This document shows, piece by piece, positions 46,192 through 57,725 of a DNA stretch of 64,000 nt. The translations under genes were made by a program, and so were the position numbers. The notes under the pieces are model-generated. The model did not search any database. It saw only the letters and a list, made by a program, of their open reading frames with translations, and was not told the origin of the DNA. Numbering within the stretch: the stretch's first letter is position 1; every line of letters starts with the position of its first letter. Source of the DNA: Opitutales bacterium (GTDB lineage: Bacteria > Verrucomicrobiota > Verrucomicrobiia > Opitutales > UBA2987); assembly GCA_965226885.1 (NCBI GenBank), contig CBDDEL010000016.1, positions 384,001-448,000 on the forward strand, given 5' to 3'.

Positions 46192-47524
46192 TGAAATGGA
46201 CGGGGAAAACTGGACAGTGGAATAAGGTGGTCTTGAACCACTAAATCCGCTAACCTATGAATGTTATTAAATCACGAAAGAGAAGACAATACAGTGCTGA
46301 GTTTAAAGCCCGAGTGGCCCTGGAAGCCATCAGGGGCGCTCATACCATCAACGAGATCGCCGGTCGTTTTGAGGTGCATCCCAACCAGGTGACCCAATGG
46401 AAGAAGCAGCTTTTGCAGGGAGCAACGGAGCTGTTTTCGCGCCAGCGGCAGACTCTCAGCAAGGACAACGAGACGGAAAAAGATCACCTTTACCAGGAGA
46501 TTGGAAAGCTGAAAGTAGAATGCGATTGGCTAAAAAAAAAGTCTGAACAATTCGGTTGGTGAGAGGCGCAAGATGGTGCAACCACTTCAAGGAAAAATCA
46601 GTATCGGCAGGCAATGTCAGTTGCTGGGGCTGGCCCGCGGCAGCTATTACTATCGGGCCCGTGCCCAGTGCGAGCAGAACGTTCTCTACATGCATCGCAT
46701 GGATGAGCTCTACACCCAATATCCGTTTTTTGGTTCTCGCCGGATGACCCAGTGGCTGCGTCGAGAGGGCCATGCAGTGGGACGAGGCCGCATCCAGCGG
46801 CTCATGCGCCAAATGGGCCTGGAGGCTATTTATCCGCGTCGAAACTTGAGCCAGGGGCACCGGCAGCACCGCATTTTCCCTTATCTGCTGCGGGGTTTGG
46901 CGGTCGAGCGGCCCGACCAGGTATGGTGCAGCGACATCACTTACCTGCGGCTGAGCCGAGGATTCCTTCTCTTGACCGTGGTGTTGGACTGGTTCAGCCG
47001 CTACGTGTTGAGCTGGCAGCTTTCCAACACCCTGGAGAGCCGCTTCTGTGTGCTCGCCCTGGAGGAAGCTCTGAGGCGGGCCCAACCTCAGATCTTCAAC
47101 ACCGATCAAGGCAGCCAGTTTACCGGCAGCGAGTTCACCTCGGTGCTGGGGCAAGCCGGGGTGCGCATCAGCATGGACGGGCGTGGCCGCTACCTGGACA
47201 ACATATTTGTTGAACGCTTTTGGAGAACCCTCAAGTATGAAGACATTTACCTGCGCGAATACGCCACGGCAAAGGAAGCCAGCGAAGGGATAGCCCGCTA
47301 CCTGGACTTCTACAACCACCTGCGCCCCCACCAAGCCCTGGGCTACCGGACCCCGGCCGAAGTCCATGCAATCGGAGCAAAACCAACCTCCCCGCCAATA
47401 CAGCTTGCGGGCACCTGCGTGCCCGTCTTTGGCTAAGGACAAAATATATTTTTAAAAAATAATATGAACACGATTTCCACCTTAATCCCACGTCAAAATT
47501 GTCCAAACAACCCCGTCCACTTCA
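46192..47524 (+). mobile_element. IS3-family element C, copy C3
   Basis: 1333 bp, TSD CTT. Confidence 0.95.
46257..47436 (+). CDS. IS3-family transposase (OrfA 46257-46562, OrfB 46573-47436)
   Basis: As copy C1. Confidence 0.93.
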
Positions 47525-48045
47525 CTTGTCGGCGCTGGCCTACACCTTGATGGAAGCCATGCGCCGGTTAGCCTTAAAAGGGACGAAGTGGGCGCGGGCC
47601 CAATGCCACACCCTGCGGCTCAAATTAATCAAGATCGGAGCGGTCATCGTGCGCAACACCCGAACGATTCACTTTCACCTAAGTGAGAGTTATCCTTGGG
47701 CCAGTCTTTTCAACCATGCGGCCCGCCGATTGGTGCCAACCTAAAGGGTGCATTGGTGCTGCCCCCGGCACTACCGAACCAATGGGGGAAAGGGGGCAGT
47801 GTCTCTACACCCTGAAAAACACCTAAAAATCAAGACGATCTGCTCAAAATACAAAGAAATCCATCTCCAATATGTAAACGCCGGGATGAAACCGGTACGG
47901 GGGTCGGGGTAAAACCGGTACGCTTGGAATAAGGTTTAGGTTAGTAATTGCAGGTACGTCAAGGTTTAGGGTTTGGGAGTTGGTTTTGGGGATTGGCTTG
48001 GGGTCGGTGAGGAGGCCGGAGGCCGACGAGCCGGGCCCAAGGCGT

Positions 48046-48813
48046 TTATTGTTTTGTGCCACGGCGACGGCGTCGAGCATCGCGCAAGCGGTAGCTTTGC
48101 CCGTTGGCTTCGAGGATATGCACCCGATGGGTGAGTCGGTCCAGCAGAGCTCCGGTGAGCCGTTCGGAACCGAGCACTTCGATCCAGTTCTCAAAGGGCA
48201 GGTTGGTGGTGACGATGAGACTGGTGCGCTCGTAAGCGCGGCTGACCACGTCGAAGAGCAGTTCGGAACCGGTCTTGGAAAAAGGGACGTAACCGAGTTC
48301 GTCGAGGATGAGTAGGTCGAGCCTTTCGAGTTGCTTCATGAAGCGCTGCAGGTCGTGGTTGTCGCGTTGCTCGAGCATATGGGTAACCAGGGCGGTGACC
48401 CCGAAGAAACGGATCCGCCGGCCCTGGGCACAGGCGGCAAAGCCCAGGGCGGTGGCCAGGTGCGTTTTACCGGTACCGGCGTTACCGAGGAGCAGCACGT
48501 TTTCGCGCTGGTCGACATACTCCCCGCGCATGAGCTCTCGGATGAGCGCTTCGTTGATCGAGGGCTGCGCTTCAAAGGCGAAGCTCTCGAGGGTCTTGAG
48601 CACGGGGAAACGGGCGTTTTTGATCCGCCGCTGGGCGGCCCGCTGTTCGCGTTCAATGAGCTCCCGTTCGACCAGATGCAACAAAAAGGCGGCGTAATCG
48701 AGCCGGTCCCGGGAACAAGCCGCGGCCACCGCCGGCCATTCGCGCAGGATGGTGGGCAACTTCAGTTTCTTGAGGTGATGGTGTAACAGCAGCTGGTTTT
48801 TTTCTTCCTTCAT
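48046..48813 (-). CDS. istB: IS21 helper ATPase IstB
   Basis: Walker A GNAGTGKTHLA, LLILDELGY, TTNL.F..W, ALLDRLTH. Confidence 0.95.
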   Translation of the reverse strand: MKEEKNQLLLHHHLKKLKLPTILREWPAVAAACSRDRLDYAAFLLHLVERELIEREQRAAQRRIKNARFPVLKTLESFAFEAQPSINEALIRELMRGEYVDQRENVLLLGNAGTGKTHLATALGFAACAQGRRIRFFGVTALVTHMLEQRDNHDLQRFMKQLERLDLLILDELGYVPFSKTGSELLFDVVSRAYERTSLIVTTNLPFENWIEVLGSERLTGALLDRLTHRVHILEANGQSYRLRDARRRRRGTKQ

Positions 48814-50322
48814 AAAGCCCCTCCTGGAATCTTGAGCAGTTCGCTGTAGGCACCGAGGTCAGGGGCGGCCACACGGACGTGACGCAGGTGTGGATGGCCG
48901 TCCAGCCGGAAGGTTCTGCTCCCGTAGTCTTCCTGAGGATAGAGATACTGGGCGATGGCCTCACGAGTCAGTCCCCCCACCCGCAGGGCCGAGACGACGG
49001 CCTGCTGCAAGGCCGCCATGGGGTGTTTCTCCAACAGCCGCAGCACCCGGATATACTCCCGGGTGCCTTCGCCCCCGCATTGGCTTTCGAGCCGGCGTCT
49101 GAGGACCTGCAGGCACTGCGGCAACTGCCAGCCCGAGAGTGGGCGGGCGAAGTCCAAAGCGCCCGGTTTTTTCTCCAGCAAAGCCAGGTAGTGCACCGGC
49201 TCGAAAGAGACTTGCTCTTTATCCCAAATGCGGCGGTGCCGGGCCACCTCTTGGCCCCCACAGAAGATCACCACCTGCCGACAGGACCCTTCCACCACCA
49301 CCGGATGGTGGGCGCAGCGCACCGGCACCGAATAGTCGTTGCACTCGAAGCGCACCAGCGAGAGGCTGCTGACGCAGGTCGAGCGTTTGCGGCTCGCTTC
49401 AAAGGGTATGGGCGGCAACGCCAGCATGACGGCGCGCTCCTCGGCCAGCAGTTCCTTTTTCACCGCCCTTTTCCCGCGTAATTTACGCTCCATGTCCCGC
49501 TCACATGCCTCCAACAGCTTTGCGTTGAGTTCCTCCAGGTCCCGAACCTGCGGTACCGGTACCAGGAAGTTGGCCCGGGCATAACGCACGATCCCCTCGA
49601 CCACGCCCTTCTCGTTGGGCCGGGCGGGCAGACAGAAGTGTTCCTCGAACAGGTAATGGCTCTGTAGCTGCAGAAACCCGTCGGTCAGCTTGCGTTCACG
49701 CGAACCGATAATCTTACCCACCGCCACCTTCGAGTTGTCATAGCTGATGCGCCGGGGCACCGCCCCGAAAAACTCAAAAGCTCGCAGGGGCCCCTCCCAG
49801 AAGCTCTCCGTGCACTCCCGTTCGAACACCTGCACGAAAAAGGCATCGCTGTAGGGCAGGCTCATGGCAAAAAATGGCCGCCTACGCAATTGCCCCGCCT
49901 CCTTCACCAGGGCATGACCGAAGTCCACCTGTCCCTCCCCGGGGCGGTGCTCCAGCGGCACGAACACTTCCCGCCGCCTCGCTCGCAGCTCGGCCACCAC
50001 CTCCTTGACCGCCGTGTAGCCCCCTTGGTAGCCCTTCTCCCGACCCAAACGCTGGTAGATCCGTTTGGCCGTATGGCGCTGCTTCTTGGGCACGTTCCGG
50101 TCCGCTTTGAGCACCTCCTCGATCCAGCCCACATACGGATCGATCTTGCGCTCTCGCCTCTTCTTGCGCCGGTATCCCGGCGGCTGGGAATAGGCCAGCG
50201 GCCAGCATCTTTCCCAGGGTCTCCCAGTGCAGTCCCTCTTCTCGCATTACAGAGCGCTTGCTCTGCTTGTCCCGCAGCACTTTGTGCCGCACTCTTGTCC
50301 ATTGCTTCATATCTCGATACAC
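48810..50322 (-). pseudogene. istA: IS21 transposase IstA, frameshifted
   Basis: QRHTAKRIY.RL, QVDFG, YDN, NEKGVVE. A 7-bp duplication GGCCAGC x2 (50193-50206) separates the N-terminus. Confidence 0.9.
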
Positions 50323-51657
50323 TCCTCCTTTCTAGGATAAGCGTACCGGTTTTAAAGCGCCCTCTTTACCGTACCGGTTTTTCCCCGGCGTTTACATCCA
50401 ATAGCAATAACGAGCCAAACTTTACCCTTCATGAAATATCCGGGCTAGGGGGACGTCTGTCAAGATGTACTATGTCAACGTGGGTCTTCTGGAGGAGCAC
50501 GGCATGGGGCCGCCCCCGAAAATATGGGATCATGCCACGTTTGAAAAAATAGGAAAGGAATTCGTGCGCCGGGCCAATCCGCGGGGGGAAAGGCAAACCA
50601 TTTTTTTCGCCGATAAGGTCAACCGCCAGGTGATGCGCCGGAGCATGGGGTTGTCGTTGTTCAATGAAACCCTCACCCGATGCATTTTGGACGATCCGCG
50701 AAGCGTCGAGACCTACCGCTTGATTTACAAGTGGATGTTCGAGGATCGCATTCTGCCGAGCCAGGCGGACCTCGATTTTTTTGCCGGTTCCGATACCGTA
50801 ACCTCCAGAATCCAACTTTTTGCCCGGGGGCGCTACGCCCTCACCACCAACGGCCGTTACGCACTCATCCAGTTGCGGGAATACAGACAATTGCGCTTGA
50901 CGCTGCGGGAACCGCCCAACAACCACTTCCGCAACACCCTTTTCGGTTCGGCCGGTACGGCCATTTACGCCGGTTCCGATAAGAAAGAACTGGCCGCCTA
51001 CCTGCTGAAGTTTTTTACCAGCGAGCGTTACAATATGCAAATTGTTTATGATGCCGATTCGCTTCCACCGGTTCCACGTTACACTGAAATCGAGGCCTAT
51101 CGGCGGCCCCCCGATTATCCCAACGAATGGGAGATTCATGAGCCTTATGCTGAGGCTGCCCGCTCTATCGCCATCAGTGCCATAGTGAGTCCTTTTATTC
51201 TTCCCTACGCAGCCAATCGACTTGCCAAAGACACCTCGCAGAGCCTCATCTCAGGTTCGATGAGCCCGCAGGAAGCGGCCCAGGATTTGACCGAGCGCAC
51301 CAACCGGCAAATGGCCCGGAATATCAGCGAGGATCCGAAACTAAAGATAGAATTCGACCGCCTACAGCAGCTACAGGGGGAGATTGACCGCTTGCGCAAG
51401 GAAGGGAAGCCGGTCCCCCTTGAATGGATCGGGAATTCTTTCTACAAAAAATATTACGTGTTCCGGGGATGGTCGGAAGAATCTCCATCCAGGGATGTGA
51501 CCGCCAAAAACACGACCATTGCAAATTAGAGTTTTCTGGGGTTTTCAATTTCTCAATTTCGCGGAAATACACGGAAAGGAGGCGGTCATTGGTTCGGCGG
51601 GCCAGCCTCCAGACATTTTGCCCCCCTCTACCCTTTGCAAAACCTACAATACCAAAA

Positions 51658-52135
51658 CTACGGAAATACTCTCACTTAAAGTGGTAGCAAAGATGGGGTC
51701 CGATCACACCACCAACCCATCCAGCCGTTCCTGATATTTCAGTGCGAATGAAATCGCCATATGGCCTCCCATCGACATTCCCACAAGCACACATCGCTCA
51801 ATATTCAATCTGTCCAGCAAAGTACGGCAATCTTCAACCAGATCGTCCAGGTTGTGCTGCGTGTCCGGCTCGGCCCACGTCCGGTTGTTGTAGGCAATGA
51901 CACGGTATTTCCGCGCCAGATAAGCCATCTGTGGCTCAAACATCGAATAATCCATCATCGACCCGTGACTAAACACCACCACTGGTCCCGAACCCCTTTC
52001 GATATATAAATCCTGAGTCATTTTTCTAGGGTAGATTAATGGTGGATAGGCCAGATCATTCTCAGCAGTTTTCCTGTCACCGGAAGTGATCGGGCCCCAT
52101 CTTTGCTACCATTTTAAGTGAGAGTATTTCCGTAG
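51658..52135. repeat. 49-bp inverted repeat pair (51658-51706, 52087-52135), relic IS3-type right ends
   Basis: 47/49 identical, both terminate in ...CCGATCA. The right one is preceded on the minus strand by a degenerate OrfB-like tail (PHSLLGLHSPNTF). Confidence 0.75.
51704..52021 (-). pseudogene. alpha/beta hydrolase, C-terminally truncated
   Basis: GSGPVVVFSHG, GMSMGG nucleophile elbow. Ends exactly at the relic IS end after 105 aa. Confidence 0.85.
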
Positions 52136-53083
52136 GTTTTGCAGCGGGTGGCGGAGTGAGGCCGTAGGCCGAATGGAGCCAGCCGCTGCTTTGTTGATTG
52201 TTTGCCAGAGTCTGGCAAATGTAAATGTATTGGGTGAGTGAAGGCCTAATAGGCTGTGGGGGTTGGTCCTCCCAATGTAATGTACTTTTATAATTTAAAT
52301 ATAATTATGTTACCCGTTATTCAATTTAGTTTCAGGATTCTCGGGGCCAAGGGATCCAGCCATCATTCGTCGACCAGGCCAATGAGGGAATCTGCTGATC
52401 GACATACAGAAATGCGCCACTTGTCCAATCGAAGAGCCAGAAGCCAGCCGTTGGGGCCGCTTCCAAATAAAGAAACAGCCAGCCGGAACCTGGACTCCAT
52501 ACCCAGGGCCAGGACTCTAGATCTACGAATATCCAGGATAACCGTTCACTAAAATACCATCCAAAATCCCCATATGTTGAATCTTCGAGGGCTTCCAGAA
52601 CACGGGCATCCGCAGCCGTCGCCTTTACTGGATACCCCGCCTCCAAGGAAATCCAGGCCCATGCAAATGGAACATCAACCATCTCGCCATTTACCTCGAA
52701 TTTTAATTCCCAAACCCCTTCACCCGATGAATATAATTTAAAAAGGGGAGCCTCGCCTCCAGCGGTTGCGCCGGAAGTAATCTGCAACACGCCGTCCGGC
52801 CCGCTTTCCGATGCCGCCGTGAACCGATAGGATCCGCTGCCCGTCTTTTCCCAGAGGGAGCCTTGGCTGGTAGAATCGGCGGGGTCAACCCAACCTGATC
52901 GAACTTCGGAGGCATCTACTGGAACGAAGACAAAGGCGAAAGGGACTCTGCCGGTAGGCGTTTGGCCTCCCTCATGGATGGTCACTTCCCAGCCATTTTC
53001 AACAGGTTGAACGGTCATTCGGGTATTTTGTTCAGATGACTGGCCGAGCAGCGTCAATGGGTTCCAGGCTCCTGGAGGAGTTA

Positions 53084-54214
53084 TACCAAATCTCATTAGG
53101 TATGATAATAAGTTATTTGGCAGAAGCGTTTGCTTGAATGTGCTGCCAGCCTCCGCCAACTAAAGAGAGGACTTTTTCAGTGTCCTCCCACCAGTCTTTG
53201 AGATGGGTTGCGACGACTTCTTCGAGTCGCTCAATGCTCGGCCACAGTTTGTTGGCCGTTTGATCCTGTATCATATCCCAAAGTCTTTCAATCGGGTTGA
53301 GTTCAGGACTATACGGCGGCAAATTCACGATATGTATGCCCGGGGGGACGTTGGGGTGCTCCGAGTCGTGCGGATGGAAGCCTGCCCCGTCCCATACAAC
53401 CACATGTTCCTCCTCAGGATATTGCTTTTTGATCTGTTGGAGGAAAGCCTCCGTCCACTGTAGATTCGTGCTAGGGGTTTGGATGCATACCATCTCGCCG
53501 TTGACCACGTCGAGGGCTCCGTAACAGTAGCTCCACTGGTATCTTGTCTGATATTTTTTGTGCGGCCGAAGCCCTCTTTGCGTCCAGCACCGGCGGTACA
53601 CCGGAAGCAAACCAAAACGGCTTTCATCGGCAAACCACACCCGAACCCGATTGCCTCGGGTGAGGGAAAGCTCCTGGAGGATCTTAAAAAAGTCTCGCTT
53701 GAACGCTTCCGCTTTTGCCGAGTCCCGTTTCTCATGCACGGGGCGAGGGACTCGAAGCACCCCGGCGCATTTTTTTAGCCATCGCCACACCGTCTTGTAG
53801 GCGAAGGAGCGCCCGAAATGTCGCTCCAGCTCTTGCCCCGCCTGAACGGCTGTGTTCCAGCGCGCGACCTTCAAACCATTGAGCAAGAAGGCCTCCACCT
53901 CTTTGTCGCAACGGCTTTTGATCCCGCCTTTGTAGGCGCGTGTAAGCACCGCCCCGAGCCCTGCAGCACGATATTTGTCAAACCAACGCTGGATCGTCGC
54001 TTTGCCTCGGCCCACGATGGCTCCAATTTCATCAATGCTGTGGTGCGGCTGGAAGCCCATTTTTAATGCCACCAAACGCTCTTTACGCCAGCCGACAGCC
54101 TCTTTGTTGAGCAATTTCTTGATACGTTCACGGTCTTCATCGGTTCCCATATATCTTCTCATTCCGCCTTTATAGCTGTTTTTTAATCTTTATCAATCCT
54201 TTTGCGATTTGGTA
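53084..54214 (-). mobile_element. IS630-family element (~1131 bp)
   Basis: TACCAAATC inverted ends, (T)TA duplicated. Confidence 0.9.
53113..54162 (-). CDS. IS630-family transposase
   Basis: WFADESRFG, VWDGAGFH, LPPYSPELNPIERLW. Confidence 0.94.
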   Translation of the reverse strand: MRRYMGTDEDRERIKKLLNKEAVGWRKERLVALKMGFQPHHSIDEIGAIVGRGKATIQRWFDKYRAAGLGAVLTRAYKGGIKSRCDKEVEAFLLNGLKVARWNTAVQAGQELERHFGRSFAYKTVWRWLKKCAGVLRVPRPVHEKRDSAKAEAFKRDFFKILQELSLTRGNRVRVWFADESRFGLLPVYRRCWTQRGLRPHKKYQTRYQWSYCYGALDVVNGEMVCIQTPSTNLQWTEAFLQQIKKQYPEEEHVVVWDGAGFHPHDSEHPNVPPGIHIVNLPPYSPELNPIERLWDMIQDQTANKLWPSIERLEEVVATHLKDWWEDTEKVLSLVGGGWQHIQANASAK

Positions 54215-56154
54215 TTAGACGATACCTCCCCCCTCCAAGACTGTTTACCGCGACTTCTTCGATAACATCTTCCTGTCCATAGAGGTATTGACCCGACTCG
54301 TTAATGTAGCCGCCTTTCCAATCATTGGCAAAAGGGAAGAACGTTGAATTCAGTTTCACGAACGATTCATCATCCGATAGAGGCAAGGGAGTATTGAGGA
54401 CGCTCATTCGTGTCGGCGCATAAGTGCTTCCGAAATAAAATCCCTCGATTTGGTTACTTAACTTCCATTGAATCGGGGGAGGCGCTACGCCAGGATGGGA
54501 GGAATCGGAGACCTGAGGCGTGGTCAGCAAAATACCTTCACTGTATTCCAGAGTCTGCGGCAAACGCAAATAGCGACTATGGGGATCGCGCTATGCGCCT
54601 GCTTGGTCCTGTATTCGATAAATGCTCGGTTCCGAGGTCCCGAATAATAATACTTCACCATTATTTTCCGAGCGCAAAGCAAAACCAGGATAGGAGTCCT
54701 GCTGAACCTCAATCGCAGTTACCGCGTCCAACCCCTCATTGAGGATGACTTCACCGGAAATCGTCTGGCAGAAAGCGCTGCGCCATAACCATTCGATATC
54801 CGAGATCGAGAGCGTCCGTGCATGGTAGGAAAATCCACTATATTCCATTCGGCATCTGTTGATACGGAGTCATCAGCGAAATCGCCAAGAGTAAAACTAC
54901 TGATTTCGGCAACTGGAAAATCGATGGGGGACAGGTCTTCACCGTCGAGGATCGGCGTCAATTTTCCTCCCTCATATTTGAGGGCGAGGTGATGCCATTG
55001 AGAAGGCTCCATCATCACCGTCAATCGGTTGGCGCTTTCCTCGAAACTTGACTGCGAATGGCTGGTATCCAGGGGAAGAAGCATTAACGGACTGGTGTCG
55101 GAAAAAACTGACAAGACTTCACCGAATTCTCCATCAATCCGCAGGATAGGAAGTGTTTCTTCTGCTGCGTTGGAACGAAACCAGATGAGCGCAGTCCAGG
55201 CATCTGTGGCTGTTTGACTGCTTTCATAATGGATGCGGCGGCCGGATTGAAACCGCCAGGCATCACCATCACTGTAGGCAAAGCCCTCTGCCTGCGCCAA
55301 TTCCCACATTGGGAATTGGCTGAGCAAGGGCCGATGCGCATCCTCTCCTTGTAGTCTGAAAACAGCCACCGGATTGAGCTCCTGCAAAGCTTCGCGGTAG
55401 TGGGTCTTTAGTGGCCGCGTGGAAAGAGAAAATGAAAAATCCAGATCCGGTCCCTTCAGAACTTCACCTAAAATTGGTGAAAAGCTTTTTACCCTAACCG
55501 AATCGCCAGCCGGATTGAACTCCATCAGGCGCATTCTGGCATTTCCATCTCCACTCCAGTGCTGAAAATTGATCAAATGCTGTTGCACAAAATGACGATC
55601 ATCGTTGATCGATACACGCTTTCCGTGCCCACTGCGACCGACATGACCATTGAGCACAAGTTTGACGTTGCTATGATGTCGAATCAATTTGTTCCACATC
55701 AACTGCCCGTCGTTAGCGCCCTCCGGGTCTCCATTCAGTGCACTGTAACCGATCGGGTTACCCCTTTGCCGGTCTTCCCTATCCTGAGAACCCAGTAATC
55801 CCCAGTCAAATCGGCTGCTATCTCGAAATAAATAAGCATGCGTGGTCAAAATGGCGTAATCATCGGGAAACCGGTTCAATACATCGTCAGCCCAGGCAAT
55901 CACATCATCCCGGGGACCCCACTCCAAGCAAATGATAAGCCAGGATCGCCCTTCGATTTCTATACGATGGACACTGTTTTCCCACTTGTCCGGCTCCATT
56001 GTTTCAATCAATGTCGGCTGGTTCGCATAGACGCTGCCGGTACCAAAGTACTCGGGATTCGAAAAGAGCGATGTCCGGCTGTTCTCAAGGCCGTCGTGAT
56101 TTCCCGTGGCAAGAGACATCGGTACCTTGTCCATTATTCCGTTGGCAGCGCTAG

Positions 56155-57721
56155 CCCGGATATTTCATGAAGGGTAAAGTTTGGCTCGTTATTGCTATTG
56201 GAGATGGATTTCTTTGTATTTTGAGCAGATCGTCTTGATTTTTAGGTGTTTTTCAGGGTGTAGAGACACTGCCCCCTTTCCCCCATTGGTTCGGTAGTGC
56301 CGGGGGCAGCACCAATGCACCCTTTAGGTTGGCACCAATCGGCGGGCCGCATGGTTGAAAAGACTGGCCCAAGGATAACTCTCACTTAGGTGAAAGTGAA
56401 TCGTTCGGGTGTTGCGCACGATGACCGCTCCGATCTTGATTAATTTGAGCCGCAGGGTGTGGCATTGGGCCCGCGCCCACTTCGTCCCTTTTAAGGCTAA
56501 CCGGCGCATGGCTTCCATCAAGGTGTAGGCCAGCGCCGACAAGAGCAATCGCCACTGATTGGCCCACCATTGATGGGCGCTGGTGCGCTCGCTGAACAAT
56601 TGCATCTGTTCCTTGATTCGGTTCTCCATTTCACCGCGGCCACAGTATACCTTGTCGTAAAGCTCCTGGGGATCGCCCGGCAGGTTCGTCACCACGAAGC
56701 GCGGGTTGGACCCCTGTGCGGTGTGTTCGGCTTTATGGATGACCAACCGCAGCCATCGCCACGAATCGGCAGCATAGACGAAGTCCTGGAATAACCGTTG
56801 TTTTTTACCCCTTAGTTCGAACCATTCTTTGGCCTGCTTTTGCAACTGCTGGGCGTCTTGCTGCAAGCGTGCATTGCGAGCCATCCCCACGATGTAACTA
56901 ACTTCGTTGCGGTCGCACCAAGAGAGTATCCGGTCTCGACAAAATCCACTGTCGGCGCGCCAAATAATCCGCGTACGGGGCCAGCTTTGGCGAATCCGTT
57001 TAACCAGCAATTTGAGGATGGCCCCGGCATGCTTGCTGGCATCGATCTTGCTCGGCCGCAGGTAGGCCACCAGCAGCTGATCACCGCAAAAAACATATAG
57101 CGGCAGAAAACAGTAATGATCATAATAACCGTGGAAAAAACGTCCCTCCTGGAGCCCGTGCACCGGATTGTCGGTGGCGTCAAAGTCCAGGATGATCTCT
57201 TCGGGTTCCTCGGCAAAGGAGCCCATGAACTGTTCGACCAACAGCTCGTTTACCGCAAAGGCCGCCCGCCGATCCTGCCCGTTTTCAAAACGACACAAAG
57301 TCGGCGCGCTGGCCAACGTTTCAATGCGCCCCGTTACCGTTTGCAACAATGGATCGTGGCGCAGGGTATCAAAGTCGTTCAAATCCTCATAGCCCGCCAC
57401 CAGCCCGTAAACGCGCTGCCGCAGCATCCCCAATACCTCATGGCGTACTTTGCCCTTCTGCCGTTTGTCCACTAACTGTCGGGCCGCTCGTTCGGTCAAG
57501 CCCAACTGCCGATCCACTTCCCGGATCAAAAGCAGTCCGGCATCCGAAGTAACCTCTCCGCCCTTGAAATCAACCCGCACACGGCGGCCTTTTACCCTTG
57601 TCAACTGTAGCTTTAATTGTTTACCTTTTGTCATCGCTGATATTGCTTTAATTATTGATCTATCCTGCTGTATATCAGCAGTTAAGCATATCAACGATAC
57701 TTTTTTTACGAAATATCCGGG
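56155..57721 (-). mobile_element. IS1380-family element, copy A6 (intact)
   Basis: 1567 bp, flanks CTAG / CTAA. Confidence 0.95.
56324..57634 (-). CDS. IS1380-family transposase
   Basis: Full-length ORF, as copy A2. Confidence 0.93.
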   Translation of the reverse strand: MTKGKQLKLQLTRVKGRRVRVDFKGGEVTSDAGLLLIREVDRQLGLTERAARQLVDKRQKGKVRHEVLGMLRQRVYGLVAGYEDLNDFDTLRHDPLLQTVTGRIETLASAPTLCRFENGQDRRAAFAVNELLVEQFMGSFAEEPEEIILDFDATDNPVHGLQEGRFFHGYYDHYCFLPLYVFCGDQLLVAYLRPSKIDASKHAGAILKLLVKRIRQSWPRTRIIWRADSGFCRDRILSWCDRNEVSYIVGMARNARLQQDAQQLQKQAKEWFELRGKKQRLFQDFVYAADSWRWLRLVIHKAEHTAQGSNPRFVVTNLPGDPQELYDKVYCGRGEMENRIKEQMQLFSERTSAHQWWANQWRLLLSALAYTLMEAMRRLALKGTKWARAQCHTLRLKLIKIGAVIVRNTRTIHFHLSESYPWASLFNHAARRLVPT

Positions 57722-57725
57722 CTAA

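Larger units (their letters stand above)
44288..47744 (+). pseudogene. IS1380-family transposase interrupted twice
   Basis: Segments 44288-44879, 45682-46191, 47525-47744. Confidence 0.9.
47873..50396 (-). mobile_element. IS21-family element (2524 bp)
   Basis: TGTAAACGCCGGG inverted ends with repeated AAACCGGTACG boxes, 7-bp TSD TCCAATA. Confidence 0.95.
44201..50444 (+). mobile_element. IS1380-family element, copy A5, carrying nested IS1, IS3 element C and IS21
   Basis: Both ends present, TSD CTAG (44197-44200, 50445-50448). Confidence 0.94.
42969..51529 (+). pseudogene. sugar-type ABC transporter solute-binding protein, split by IS1 and a composite IS1380
   Basis: N-part 42969-43381, a 9-bp sliver 44192-44200 and C-part 50449-51529 rejoin in frame as ...GAQYSFPRGTSVKMYYVN.... 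N-terminal signal or anchor. Confidence 0.85.
52332..56154 (-). pseudogene. large secreted calcineurin-like metallophosphoesterase with LamG-like and Trp-rich C-terminal domains, fragmented
   Basis: GNHD, TTHAYL, LNGH motifs, WHHLAL LamG-like segment. N-terminus replaced by IS1380, frameshifts at ~54830 and ~54570-54600. IS630 removal rejoins GGGRYRL-TPPGAWNP. Confidence 0.8.
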
